DNA of 64,000 nucleotides from the human T2T-CHM13v2.0 reference genome, Homo sapiens. This document shows, piece by piece, positions 40,976 to 54,461 of this stretch (position 1 is the first letter of the stretch; every line of letters starts with the position of its first letter). The position numbers and the translations under genes were made by a program. The notes beneath the pieces are model-generated. The model saw only the letters and a list, made by a program, of their open reading frames with translations, made no database searches and was not told where the DNA came from. The DNA lies in assembly GCF_009914755.1 (NCBI RefSeq), contig NC_060929.1; one strand, 5' to 3'.

Positions 40976-42113
40976 AAAGAGACTTAGAAAAATTTTGGGC
41001 AATGAACATATTCATTATCTTGATTCTGGTGATGGTTTCACACGTATGCATATACGTATGTCTAAAATTGTGACATTATACATTTAAAGAATATACAGCT
41101 TTTGGTGTGTCAATTATATCAGAATAAGAAAGATAGTCCCCATGAATATTTGTTTTTTTATATATCTGTAATATGCAAGGAAATTTGGTTAATTGAAATA
41201 ACAACTTTGTAAATACATTTAAATTAGTAGTCAATTGGTTTACACTGACACCTTTGAGTTGAGATGTTGCAATGTGAGTATCAGTATTGTGGTGTCTAAG
41301 AGAATTTTAAGTTTGTTGTTTTTTATTAAATTTATAAAAATTCATTAGTACTCGAAAAATACTTACTCATTTTATTATCTAATTGAAATACTTGAAAGGA
41401 AAATTGTTTATAAATGTAGTTTTAAAAGTTTTAGGGCATCTAATTGGCTGAGTTTTAAAAAGATAACAAAATTTTTCAGAGACTATTTTAACAGTGATTT
41501 TTAAAATAAAGTCAACCTAAAATGTCTTATAAATGGAACAACAAATTTTCGAACTAAATTTAATTACTTGAAGGGGAGCCTGTAAATTTTTACTGCCTGA
41601 GACAATTTTAATCTAGAAGAAAAAGATATTACTCTGTGGCTTCTACAGCCAACTTCAAGGTAGCTGCAAATAAAGGTTTGGTGACAAAACAAATAACCTC
41701 GGGACTTGTGGTATTGACCAGGACAACCACAAGGCTAATAGCACCCAAGGTCGACATTTCTTCCCTACTTCTCACTATGTTCACACCCTCCCACTGTCTT
41801 TTATAGTAATGGTAAGCAATTATATCATCAGGGTAAAATTTATAACTTAGTGGACATATAGATATAAATACGATGATTGCATTTCTATGAACTGGGAAAC
41901 CAAACATGAGGAATCAACCTATCAGCCCTCCAGAATATGCCAGTGCCTTATAACAATGGAGGAGGAGTGGTTGAGTGGGGAGGAGGGTATAATTGAAAGT
42001 TTCAACTGCAGTCATCCTTTATACACAATGTGCCCCCTTTACAGATGATCAAGTTTTACCGGACAAATTCACAATTTATTCCAAATGTCTATTAGGAGCA
42101 CCTTTCCAGGTAG

Positions 42114-42934
42114 TGAAATGGGAAAGGTTCTCTTGTCCCCTTCACAGGGTGTGTGATGGGGGTGTGGCTCACTTCTTCAGTGCCCCGCTGCTCAGACCTC
42201 TAGGGAAGCATACAGGTGGGCAGACTGTGGGGCTCCAACCCCATGGCAGTGTCTAGGGGTGTTTACAGTTCCTGACGTCCCAGCGGACGTGTGTTATGGG
42301 GTGCTCTGTTAGCTTGCCATCTATAGGTGGCTTGTGGTAAGCAACTCAATTAAACCCCCTTCCTTATCACAAGGACAGAATAATTTCTATATCCCCGAGT
42401 TTCTTGCCTTGGTGTAACAAAAGAATTGGATCACATGTGGGCTTGGAGACTGAGTGCAAGGTTTTACGGAGTAGAAGTAGGGATAGGGAGCAGATAGGGA
42501 AGCCTGAAGAAAAATGGTTTTCCCTGAAGTCGGGGCACTCCGGGGCCTCTGACCGCTTTGGCTAAACTCCAAGGTGTTCTGCTGGTGGATGGCCTGCTGA
42601 CCTACTGGTGGCTGTCTGCGTGCTCTTCTGCCAGCTGGCTCTCGACGACCAGCCGCTTGTATCTTCTTCTACGGATGTGTTCATCACAATGTCCAGCCAC
42701 TTCTGTGTTTGCCCGCTAGGGTCTTGGGTTTTTATATGCCCAGGATGGGGGCCTGGTGGGCCAGGGTGGTCTTGGGAAATGCAACATTTGGGCAGGAAAT
42801 GCCTGTTCTCACCTAGGTCCGTGGAGGTGGAACCCCAGCCAGGGACCACACCCTCCTCTACCCAGCACTTGCCTTTCCCCCTTCTGTATTGTTTAAAGGG
42901 ACCACACTCTTCCCTTCCCAGCACTTTCGTAGCA
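42114..42934 (-). mobile_element. LTR1-family (HUERS-P2 type, ERV1) solo LTR, 821 bp
   Basis: The reverse complement begins tgctacgaaagtgctgggaagggaagagtgtggtccctttaaa and ends gacaagagaacctttcccatttca. 4-bp TSD gtag/gtaa. Confidence 0.85.
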
Positions 42935-43847
42935 GTAACTCTTTGGAGTTCGCTACTGATGACAACATGGCCCACCCTTTTCTCCCTTACCCCAGCATCA
43001 TGAGGCTTTCTTTCCTACGTGAGTACCTCAGGACTTCTCATCTCTTGGCAAAAAGGCAATCTGAGCAGGGTATTTATGTTATAGTTTTGTATGAAAGAAA
43101 AAGTCTTTAACTTTGATGTTTTTAGACAGTGATAGAAGGCAGTTGGTTCTCACCCTTCCCTGAGGAGCACTAATTTCCTTCCTTCTAGCAAAGCAGTTTT
43201 TGAAAAAATAAACTAATAAAAGATAAGATGTTTATTTGCAAATTTGAAATCTGTGAGCTCATTTGTCATCACACAAACTAAACAGCTCAGCCACATAAAG
43301 GAAATCACAAGAACAGTTTAATGCAAAAACCACGGTATATGGGATCTGTGGCCAAGAGCCTTTTCCTGTCTGGACACGAACTCCTTTAACTGTTTGAGAG
43401 AGGGGGCTTAGAGCTGATTGAACACCAGTAATCCTTGACCTTAATGTACAAACCAAAGCAGCATGTAAGGGAAGGGGCTAGCTATTCCATATGCATTCAG
43501 AGGCTCTCCAGCTGGTGGAAAGCACAGTTGAGTAGAGATTTGTGATTTCAGTGGAAATGGGAGGAAGGCCAGATGGAAGAAGATTTTGGTTCTGGACATT
43601 CTGCTGCATCTGAAATGTATTCTTTACTGGAAACAGATTACTCTCCTGCTATGGCAGGTGGTTCTTCTTTTTGTTTCAAACTGCCAAAACTAAGACCCAG
43701 AAAGGTCAGATACTATCAGGCAATTTTTACCTTTTGGAGTAAGACCCCCAAAGGCACAGAAAAGCTTATGGTAAAAGCATATTCAGTTTCCCTAAGGGAT
43801 CTAGATGTGGAATGCTTTGTCTAGAAATAGCCTCATGCCCTAATCAT

Positions 43848-44048
43848 AAGGGTCAGAAAACTTGTTTGTAAAGGGCCATTCAGTAAATATGTTTGGTTCT
43901 ACAGGTTGTAACTTATCAACTCTGCTGTCCTGGTGCTAAAGCAACCATAGACAGTACATATATGAATGAGTATGGCTGTGTTTTAATAAAACTTTATTTA
44001 CAAAAACAGACAGCAGGCCAGTTTGACTCATGGGCCATAGTTTGATTG
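43848..44048. mobile_element. MER58A hAT-Charlie MITE
   Basis: tgtaaagggcca...gtaaatat...tcaactctgc...aaagcaaccatagaca...atgagtatggctgtgttttaataaaactttatttacaaaaacag...tgggccatagtttg. Confidence 0.87.
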
Positions 44049-47000
44049 TTTCAATGAGTTGAAAGAGTATTGGCATGAATATGAAGTTGATGGTGGCCTC
44101 ATGTTAATCCTGCTCCAGGCCAAGTATGTGACTTCAGGAAATCTTCTTTCTCTCCCTGGAACTCATAGTAAATATTTATTGAACATTACCTATGTTGTCA
44201 TAACTTTATAATCTCATTTATTTAATGCTCATAGCAGCCCAACAGTGCAGGTACTATTATTAACTTAGAGCACAGTGAGTGAGTTTCAAAGTGACAACTT
44301 AAACCCATCCAAGTCTGTTTATCTTTAAAGCTAATGTTCTTAGTTATAACCACAATGTCTCCCAGTAAAGTGGTGGATTTTGATTTAATATTCCCTAATT
44401 CCTCTTCTATAGCTGACAATCAGTAAATATGGGGGAAGAAACAGTGTTCTCTGTGGGATGTGTCTCCATCTTTTTCTGGTCTGTTACTTAGAGCTTCTCT
44501 TTAAAAATTTCCTGAGTGTCCTTTGTTTTGTTTATTGTTCTAAGCTGGTTTTTGTACTTGGTCAACCACTGGAGTGACAGACTTTGAGGAAACACTGATG
44601 CCTCCCTGCTAAAAACAAGGTTAACCAAACTTCCCCACCCTCTGTAAAATGACTCAACTGTGATTGACTGGCTGCCTCTTTCTAGTGCCAATGCTTACTT
44701 GGATTTCAAATGAGAATTTGTGTTTTTTACTTTTTAAAGAACTATCATTACATTTTAATATTTCTAAGATAATAAGAGAGAAGGTTCAGGTATGCATTAA
44801 GGAGGCTATGCAAAGGCCTTTAGGAAGGCATGCATAATTTTCTGTTAACGACCTACAGGCATTCCATGTTGATTAAGAAAGTGATAAAAATGTAAATGCT
44901 CTAATCAGCCTAGGCTCATTTAAAAATGAAGGTTCCCATGAATTGTTTTTAGAAATCAGATTAGGTGTAGGACTGGATAGAAAAAACAAAGACGTTAGAA
45001 CTTGAGTAATATATTAAACAATGTGTATATAGTAGACGCCATGACAAGAAATGACAAGATTTTTAAAACGCCATTGTCATCTGGTTTTAATTTAAAGAGA
45101 GCTAATGTAATAAAGTTATCCATTTAGAAGGAATATAAGATTTGTAAAACCAGATATAAAATAATTTTAAGGTTATATTAATATGTATGTAATACAATGT
45201 TTTTTAAAAAAATCTATTGCCTAGACATTAAATAAAATGCTTTAACATTTAATTGAAAAGCCTGTTAGAAAAAAAAGTGCAAAGTGCTCTAAAATAGTTC
45301 TTTCTTCCCTTTTGGAAATTGTAGGTTAGAGGGAGATGGATGTCAAGAAAAAAGTGGCACAGAAACTGAATCTTGAAAGATAAGTAGGATCAGAGAAAGG
45401 GGAAGAGGAAAAGACTGTTCAAGACAGAGGAATTCTAGAATCCACTTGAGATAGAGAGAGATGAAAATGAGATAGAAGGGATTGAAAAAAATTCAGAGAA
45501 ATAATGTGGAGTCTGTTAAAAGGGAAGAGGAAATGTAAAAAAGAAGTTGAGAAAGAAAGAGGATAGCAAAAGACAAAGGAAGATAGAAGGGCCAGAAAAA
45601 GGAATAGAGATGAAATGAGAAGCTGCTGCAGAGAGAAATGGGTGGAAAAACAGTCAAAAACAGGCAGTGAGATAGGCAGGTGGGAGAATTATCACAGAAA
45701 GAATGGGAACCAGAAAGAAGAAACTCAAGGAAAGAAAGGAAAGTGGGGGAGATGGAGTGTGAGAACAGATTATGAGTGGCCTCCCCAGCTACCTCTTTTA
45801 GCTTTTCCTCCACACAGCTTCCTCACTTCCTTTTCCTTTTCTTCACTTCTTTCAGTTTCAAACCTGAACAAAAAAGGGTAAGCAGGTGAGACACTAAAAT
45901 TAGGGCAGAGAAGTTTCTGGCAGGAAAGCAGTAGTCACTGTGTCTCACGACCTCCTCCAGGTTGCCAAATGAGTTTCAACTTGAATTCCAGCTTGATTAA
46001 TGGCAGTGGCCCTGACATAGAGGAATCTCCTGGGCTCAGCAGAAAAGAGGTCAGAGATTAAGCAGGGAAGCTTCTCATGCCTTTGGCAAGGGGGCAGTGG
46101 TGTCTGGACAGGTATTTGCCATCCTTGGGCTAGAACCAGAAATAAACTGACAACACTGTCTCTTAAGACCCTGGTTTTGTCTTTTATTTCTCTCAAGGTT
46201 TTTTTTTTTTTTTTTTTTCTGTTTTGATAATGATTTTCTCAATTCTTGGTGTTTCACCTCTGAATATGAATAAGTGAACAGTCTTATTTTTCAGAGATTT
46301 TGTTAACTCTAGTTGTTTATCTCACTTACCAAATATTGAGTACTTACTAAATGTCAGACACATGATAAAGAATGGAATTAAAGTAAAGAAAAGATGGAGT
46401 TCCTGCATTCAATGTAGCTAATAAGTTCAGTGACATAAACAGGCAAGAAATAGAGCAATGCCAGCACTCTCTCAACAGTAGAAAGCATGGTGTGCTGTCT
46501 GAGGGCATAAGCAGAACATCTCACCCAGGCTTTCAGGGAGGAGATTTAGAAGGCAGTGTATGTCAGGAAGAAAGGCACAAAGAAACTGCAACTAGGAAGA
46601 TTACTAAGAGTAAGGCTGGGGGCAGAGGAAAAGGAAAATTGTGTTCTAGGCAAAGGAACAGCATAACTTATTGAACAACAGAAAGTAGTTCAGCATGGTT
46701 GAAAAGAAGAGGGAGTATGTGGTTAAATGATGTGTGGTTAAATGATGAATTGGTGGTGTGTTGGCAAATATGTTCTAAAAAAAAAAAGCTTTTGTTTATA
46801 TATATATATATTTTTTTTTTTTACCAGTTTCTGATCAGTATTTCCACCATGACCAAATTTAGCCTACCAACAATTCATCAACTGACTTGCAGAATTTCTG
46901 CCTATTTAACAAATGTTTCTGAAAGGCCAGTAGAAGCCTTGTTTAGTATACCAGAAATAAGCAGTAGCCAGACCAAGATGGATTTTAAAGTCCTGGACTT

Positions 47001-47345
47001 AGCCCCAGAGCTTTGAACTCTACTACGCCTCAAAGTGGCATGGTCAGATCTTTCATTAGGAAGATCATACCTCTACTCTGTTGGGGAATGGATTGAGAGA
47101 GGGCAAGGCCAAGGCTGCCTCTTAAGGGCCTCCCTGAGCTCAAACCTTGACTTTGTTCTTTGGAGCTATGTGAATTTGGACACACCACAACTTTTTTGGT
47201 CTTTGGTATTTATTTAGCAAGACAATATTGATAATATGACACAGGTTTCTTTTTGTGGGAAGGGAAATGAGAAGAGATTACATGGAAATGCTTTGTTAAA
47301 TGTAAAATTTTTAGTTTATTCTTTCTCTACTCATCTCATTCCTAT

Positions 47346-47676
47346 TGAGACAACCAGGTGAGAGGGGGTCTGTGGAGAAACTCTAACCAGCCTGCCCACT
47401 GAGGTGGAGCCTCAGAAAGTTTGCGCCCTTTGCAGTGGGGAGGAACCTGGTCCTGCCTCTTCCTGTGTGGAACCTGGAATTCAAACTGCCAGGCAGGAAG
47501 CACTCTAGCGGAGGGACTCTGACCTTGTGAGAGTCCCTGTTTCCCCCATTTTTCTCTTTTCACCCAATAAAACCCTGCTTTACTACTCTTTAAGCCATCT
47601 TCAAGCCTAAATTTTCATAGCCATGGGATGGACAAGAACTCCATCTTTAACTAAACTAAGGAAAAGTCCTGCAACA
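47346..47676 (+). repeat. 5' LTR (MER61A/B-like)
   Basis: tgagacaaccaggtg...aaggaaaagtcctgcaaca. AATAAA at 47566-47571. Confidence 0.92.
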
Positions 47677-47680
47677 TTTT

Positions 47681-47698
47681 TGGCACCCAACATGGGGC
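47681..47698 (+). promoter_or_regulatory. Primer-binding site complementary to the tRNA-Lys(CTT) 3' end
   Basis: tggcacccaacatggggc versus TGGCGCCCAACGTGGGGC. Both mismatches are CpG>CpA decays. It lies 4 nt after the LTR end. Confidence 0.85.
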
Positions 47699-50600
47699 TC
47701 AAGAAGTGGTGAGTGAAATGGGAACTTAAAACCTCTCACTGTTGCTTCTAAGGCTTTTCATCCTGTGACTTCTGAGGGTGGGGGAAAGCATGTCCCCACC
47801 CCCATCACTCCCAGGCCTTTTCATGGCCTTTTTCTTCCTTTTTCAGGACCCACTGGTGAGCAGCAGCTCCCCCACACTGCCCACTCCCTACTGGGGCTGG
47901 GATGCATGGCCCAAAGGTCCCATACAGCTGGCTGGCTGGTTCCCAGCCACACACCACTGCCACTGCCATAGCCTTCCCTTTCCCCAGTCAAAGGGTTTTA
48001 CTCCATCAGACAGTAATTAAGCTTCAACTTTTCTCCCTGGTAGAGGAATCAGTTGCATAAGAATAAGAGGTTCTTCCCCAGGCATTTTTCAACCTTTTTT
48101 CATTCCCTTTCTCTACCCCATCAACAAGTTAACCCTTAAAGTTTTTTTTCTCTTAGAAGACATTTTACTAGGCCAGGTCCCCCCAACTATAACGGTTTGT
48201 ATTTTCTGTAAAGCTTTAATTGTGAAAAAGGATTTGGCTAGTCTTGGAGTGCCTGATCTGGTGTGCTTTGCATGTCTGTATGGTTTATGTTGCAAGCCTC
48301 TATCTTGCCTTACATACTGGGGCATGGCCAGTAACTACTTGGCAAGGCTTTGTTTAGCAATCCTGCCTGAGGGGATGAGCCCTCTCAGGTTTGATATCTG
48401 AATGTTTTCCTAGCCGTGTCTCTTAAAGGGCCTCACCCAGCAACTGGTTTCTCTTCTGCCTGTCTATGTGTATACTGTGTGTGATGTCTGTAAAAGGAGC
48501 TCTAATTAATTTGGCCTAATGAAAGACAAGTGCTTGGATCAAATGCTTTTTTTTTTTAAGGAGAGGTAAAAGCTGTGGTACCTTACAGTTCACATGACTT
48601 TAATCTTTGAGAAATAAAAGCAGCCCTAAAGACAATTAGTAAAATGCAGGTCAGATGCAAGGTTTGCTAAGTGTTTTGAGGTTACAAACTACTTTTTGGG
48701 TTTTGAGAACTATTTGACTTGTGAGCTTCACAATTGGCAAGGCCTGGGGACATATGGAAGAAGCAATGCCCTTAACTAAGAAGGCAAACCTTGGCTGCAG
48801 TTAGCACACAATTAAAGCAACTTACAAAGTTTTACCTTAAAGTTAAAAATTGCTAGGAGTTAAGTGAAACTACTCGAAATAGATTTACAATCAAGGTATG
48901 TAAAAACAGTAAAATGTGTCTGTTTGAAATAAAAGGTTATAAGAAAGCATGAAAATGTAAACTTTTGGCTATGGTTAAATAATTGTTTTGAGTTAGACAG
49001 GAAAAGCTGAAGGTTCAAAGAAGTGATGGAAGAATGTAGAAATCAATCTTTGAGAAGAGTTTCTCTGTGTGAACATATTGACTAAATTCAAAAGGGTTAT
49101 AAAGGGTTTTTGCCTCTTTAAAATTCCTGAGTCATCATTTTGGCAAAATAAATAACTTATGGTAATCTGGAATTCTATTTCATAATATCAAGTGTTTTAA
49201 ACCTCAAACATATTTGACAGCATTCCCCAAATCAAACTTCAGTTTCAAAATTGTCTCCCCTAACACTTGGCTTTTTGAATATTTCAGAGGGCCCCTGAAG
49301 TGTCCAGAAAATAAATGTAAACAGAATTATTTGAATGTTTGGGGATTGCAAAAATGATGCTTAGTCTTCTTTAAGTTATATTTTTGTGAATAATGCTGAG
49401 GTATGTTCCAATTGTATGGGATTTCTAAAATTCTAATGTCTGAGTGTATGCTATCAATTATAATTAAGATTGTTATATTAAATTATTGTAAACCACAGAG
49501 ACAACCAAACTTTTTTGTCAGTTGTGTTTCTAACTGTAACTACCCTGGACATTTTGCTATTCACAGAAAATTGTTTTCTTGTTTTAATCCTTTTCAAAAG
49601 ATGGTTGATAATGAGCTATAGAACTGTAACAGGTGCTCTGAAATACAGGCCTCTGATAACTTTGGAGATTATGACATTTGAATAAAAATGTACAGGACTC
49701 ATAAAGAGCTGAAATGTTTACGAATATCAAGCAAAACAAGAGTTAACTAAATGGACTGAACTCAGGAAGCTGAAACAACCTTTTTGGCTTTTACTTGGAA
49801 TATTGCTGATCCTTGTTTTGTTTTTCAGAGTGAAGGAACTTATTTTGAACTATTTACAGCCCTTAATAATTGAGTAAGGCATACTCCTATGAACAAAATT
49901 TGGAGCATGTTTGTTTCTCTCTGTCTGGTTCCTCTAAAACTTAGAAACTACCTGTGAGTGTTCTTATGGCAATATAGTTGTTTGCATCAGTGCAGTAAGA
50001 ATCCAATTTTCTTTTGCAACAGGACACAATTAGAAAAACTGGTAATTTTACCAAGACTTTGACTGGAAGGGTATGCTTCCCTTTAAGGAGTCAATCTCAA
50101 CTTGCAGAGCCAATAAAAGCCCAGTGTGGAAATTGGCCTCATACTCTTGCCTACGCAGTCCCTGTACAGGGTTCCTGACCTGTGGTCAGTAAAGAATGTC
50201 ACTTTCTAACAGGTCTAGGAGCTCCAAGTTTATCTTAGGACCTTAAGAAGAGAGAATCACCCAACTCACAGGTGTTTGAGGATAAAAATCCATGGTTGGG
50301 CTTGGCCTTAAAAGATCTTATCTGAGATTCCCTCTGGAACAAACTTCCATCAAATCCAATCCAAAAGGCCTATGTAGAAATAATTATTCTTGCTGCACTT
50401 TATGCAAATAATCAGGCCAAGTATAAGACTAAAGTCTTATTTTGCAAACCACTCAGTCCTTATTGTAATTTTTTTTAACAAAAATGATGACTGGGGAGAG
50501 AGAAATTATGTTCCAAAACTTATTATATATTTGCCATTAAATTCTAAACTCACTAGTTGTTTTAAGTTTTTGCCTACATTTTAGACTAACCCTGCTGGTT

Positions 50601-52022
50601 CCTGTGAAGCAACTGGCAATCTTCGGCTGCAGCTCAGAAAGAACAAGAGGGATAGGTAATGTGAAAATCTGAATTAATATTTTAGTTTTGAGCAACTATT
50701 CTGCAAATCCTGCCAGGTGATGGGAATAAATAAGATGGCTATCACTTGGAGGTTTCCTCTGGGAAAGTAAGACCAAGGGAACTAACCAAAGCCAAGCACC
50801 ATGCACCCAAATCCCAGCAATCATAACTGCAGCTACCAGTTATCTGGTTGTGTCACAAGGCATTCTTCACTCTCCCTTGTTGGAGGAGAACTCAGTTCCA
50901 CAGTTTCACCTTAGCATTTGGCTTATGATAAGGAGTCCATGCAGCCCCCCACCCAGAGACACATTTTTGTCCCAGACTCAATTCCAAGCTTTGGGTCAAA
51001 GCCCTAGGAAAAACAAATGGATCTGAGGGGTCCAGAGGCAGATGATATGGAGGTTAAAAGGCACAGCACAGGTGAGCATGGCTGATTCCTGCCCATTAAG
51101 CTAAACCCAAGCTTCCTGTTTCATGGATAAAGGACACATTAGTATCCATTGGCATAAATGAGGTCTAGGGAACTCCAACGCTACTGAAAGTAGATGGGAA
51201 AGAGACATAGGTGAGAGCAGATAATTCCTGTTCTCTAGGGCCTTCACGTTTCATGGATGCAAGCCCCTTTGGCACTCATGGTGCTGCCTGCCAAGGTCGC
51301 CGGGACTTGGAGATGCAAGGATGGAAGATGGAAAGAAGATGCTCTTCCCTCTCTCCCTCATGTATCCTGGGTGTCTGCTAGGAAAAGAAAGGAACCAGGG
51401 ACACCTGCTCCCCTCTTTCTAGATAGGTAGCCATTCATCTTCAGTCTGTACCCCTTTCGAATGCATCCTGAACCCCTGGGATTCCTTTGAAAAGCACCTT
51501 CTTTTTCCTTTCTTCTCCTCAGTCCTTTCTTCAGTTAGGTAATTGTGTCTCTGTACTATGGGACTCACCCCTCAGATGCATCCTCCAAACTGGAAGGAGT
51601 TAATTTCCCAAACCTTAAACTGGTTGGTTTAGGATTGGGCTCAGGGGAAGCGAACACAGAAGCCCAACATGCCGGCAACAGGGTAAAATTTTTTTGCCAG
51701 TTGGGCTTTTGGCCTCCCTCCTCCTATACAAACTGGTAAAAGGCCTCGGAATTTTTGAGCTGTCCTTACCCCTCCACTTGTTTCATTTGGATAAATGTTT
51801 TCTAATAACTCTGTTTGTCTGTTCTTGCCTTCAGGACATCAAACTCCAAGCAGTCATGCAACTGGAGCCTCTGACGATGGCTCCTTCTGGCAGGAACGCT
51901 TACATAGGCCTCTGAGGGAGATCTGACTGCCATTTCCCCCAAAACAGCGCCCCCTGTCAGCAGTAAGCAGTTAAGATTGGTCTTCATCCTTATCCTTAAT
52001 CTGATGACAGATGTACTTCTTT

Positions 52023-52033
52023 AGAGAGGGGAA
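52023..52033 (+). promoter_or_regulatory. Polypurine tract
   Basis: agagaggggaa immediately before the TG of the 3' LTR. Confidence 0.85.
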
Positions 52034-52367
52034 TGAGACAGCCAGGTGGGAGGAGGTCCCTGGAGAAACTCCAACCAGCCTGCCCACTGAAGGTGGAGCC
52101 TCAGGAAGTTCACGCCCTTTGCAGTGGGGAGGATCCTGGCCCCGCCTCTTCCCGTGTGGAACCTGGAATTCAAACTGTCTGGCGGGAATCGCTCTACAGG
52201 AGGGACTCTGGCCTTTCCAAGAGTCCCTGTTTCCCCCTTTTTTCCCTTTGTACCCAATAAAACCCTGCTTTACTCACCTTTTAGGCTTTCTGTGAGCCTA
52301 AATGTTCGTGGCCGTGAGACAGATAAGAACCCTGTCTTTAGCTGAACTAAGGAAAAATCCTGCAACA
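52034..52367 (+). repeat. 3' LTR (MER61A/B-like)
   Basis: tgagacagccaggtggg...aaggaaaaatcctgcaaca. AATAAA at 52256-52261. About 16% different from the 5' LTR by hand count. Confidence 0.92.
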
Positions 52368-53195
52368 CCATCTCTTTCCCTTTCTCTGTCTACCCATCAT
52401 TCCTAAAATCCTCCTCTCTCTCTCTGGCCATAAGTGCTGGGGAGGGCATTAAAATGGAAGTAAGAATGCCCTGGATCTGCGCATTGCTCCACCACTGACT
52501 TAACTTCTCCGGTATCTTGATATGTCATAAATTAGATAACTCTCTTAATTCTGAGAAGATAAAAATACTTGCTGCCTAATTTATGGACTATTGCACATAT
52601 CACAGATCTGTTTTGCATGATGATTCATTTCTATAAATGAAATAAATTGGAACAAATGAAATTTTGATTTAACTATTTATATGCCTTTGTAGAGTAGTTG
52701 GATTGGTTAGAATGATTGCAAGCTGATGCTTTTTTCATACCCCTTTCTCCCTTTGTTTAGCAAGACAAGTAATTTGTGAACAATGCAGCAATATATATCT
52801 TCTGACTTAAATAAATAAATAAGAAAGCAGCCCATAGATAGAATACACTCTGAAACTGAATACAAACCTGTTATATTTATTTTCTAGATAATTTAAATAT
52901 TGGGAATTTGGCTGCCTCTGTTAATATTTCTCTTAGCTGGTAACTCTGATATTTTGCAAAGTAAGTATCATAATTTGCTTCTTTTTTGCTTCTTTTTTTT
53001 TTTTTTTTTTTTTTTTTTTTGAATTGTGGTTTAGCACAGTGGTTCCTGCTTCCATTACCACCAAGTGGAATCTGTTGTCTACTGTTTTAAAAACCCACCC
53101 AGACAAATGTGGAATGATTGATTGTCTTTGAAGATCAGAAATCTTCTTAGGTATACAAGCAGTCTACAGGGCCACAGTCTGGCAAGGCTGTAGAG

Positions 53196-53625
53196 CAGGG
53201 GTCTTTAAATGTTTTGTGTATGTGCCAAGGACACCTGTGGTGGTGGGATGACACCTCCAGTTTGCTTCTCAGAACACTTACAAATGCCTAACATAAAATG
53301 CATAGGATTACAAGGAAACCAACATATTGAAACACAGTTATCAAAATATTGCAAATTTGTGATCTAGTTACGCATTTGCTTGTTCTTTAATCTGTTAATA
53401 ATAGCCCCTCTACTAACTGCCTAATGATTTCTAAATAGTGAAGATTATAAATGATATTTTGAACAATATAAAGTGAAAGATCTATTGGTGACAGTGAGGG
53501 CACTCCTTATACTGCTTATACTACTGCCTCTATCATCATTAAAGAGTGTGGTAAAGTTTAGTTGGAAATTAATAAAAGCTTGAAAAAATATAGTAAGTCA
53601 TAAACCACAAATTAAAAACACTTTT
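53196..53625. mobile_element. MER119-like hAT-Charlie element
   Basis: caggggtc...cttctcagaa...cataaaatgcataggattacaaggaaaccaacatattgaaacacagttatcaaaatatt. Confidence 0.65.
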
Positions 53626-54461
53626 AGGGGAAATTTAAGCCTTGAGCAGTAGGACCTGGGAAAGGTTAGATTAGATGCACTTTAGCAATTTTAAAAATAT
53701 TCCCTAGATTTTAAAATTTGTGGTCCTAGAAGATGAACTATATCAACATTTCATGGCCAAGATGATGGTAGTGCTGCCACTGATGATAAAATAACAGCAC
53801 TTATTGAACACTTCCTAGGTACCAAGCACTATAGTAAAAGAGTAAAAGTTATCACTGTATTAATCCTCATAGCCAACTATGGGTAGACACTTCTAATGCC
53901 ACTTTTGCCAATAGTAAAAGTGCGTCCCTGAAGGAATATATAAACTACCTCAAATCTTAACTTCTGTAAGTTGGGTTAGAAAACCAAGTGTGTTTGACTC
54001 CAAAGCCTGTGTTCAAACCATTATGTCGGTTTCTGTCATACTTGAATCATTCTTGTACCATTTTCAAGATTTAAAAAAATCACATTACCTGTACTATCAT
54101 TTGCTTAATATTTTTCTTTAAATTGATTGATTTCAGAAGAAAAATTTATATCAGCATCATATTCAGAAATTTTATATCACTTTCCATAAAGAGAAGGTAA
54201 TTATAAGAATAAATACAATAAGACAAACTGATTGCTCTCAATTTCTTAAAAAGGGAGATCATCAGGTTATAGAGGTGCTAAGGCCATATTAGCACCATTC
54301 TGAGACTTTCTCTGTGAAGGAAGTAAAAATATCGAAAAGAATCAGTAAGAATTTACTTTTCCGTTGTGTGACTCAACATAATCTGAAACCAATTCAATCC
54401 TTTTCTAGGTTGATAAGGCAGAGGGTCCCAAATTTTGAGAAATACTGCCCCGCCCTGCCCT

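Larger units (their letters stand above)
47346..52367 (+). mobile_element. Two-LTR non-autonomous ERV1 provirus (MER61-type LTRs, MER4-group internal), ~5.0 kb, no intact gag/pol/env
   Basis: Direct-repeat LTRs at 47346-47676 and 52034-52367 (TG...CA), PBS, PPT, 4-bp TSD ctat/ccat. No long internal ORF. Confidence 0.92.

Noticed and set aside
42316-42331. Imperfect palindrome gccatctataggtggc in LTR1
   Set aside because: Short, imperfect and probably inherent to the LTR consensus.
45300-45860. Long purine-rich tract followed by a pyrimidine-rich tract, with overlapping 88-106 aa ORFs
   Set aside because: Low complexity with no mirror or inverted symmetry. The ORFs are composition artefacts.
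47346-47676. p53 response element, known for some MER61 subfamilies
   Set aside because: I found no RRRCWWGYYY pair in either LTR copy.
47700-52020. gag/pol/env genes in the provirus
   Set aside because: No internal ORF over ~80 aa and no retroviral enzyme motifs. Only a short env-tail-like remnant is present.
52975-53020. Long poly(T) considered as the tail of a processed pseudogene
   Set aside because: No TSD, polyA signal or mRNA-like body next to it.
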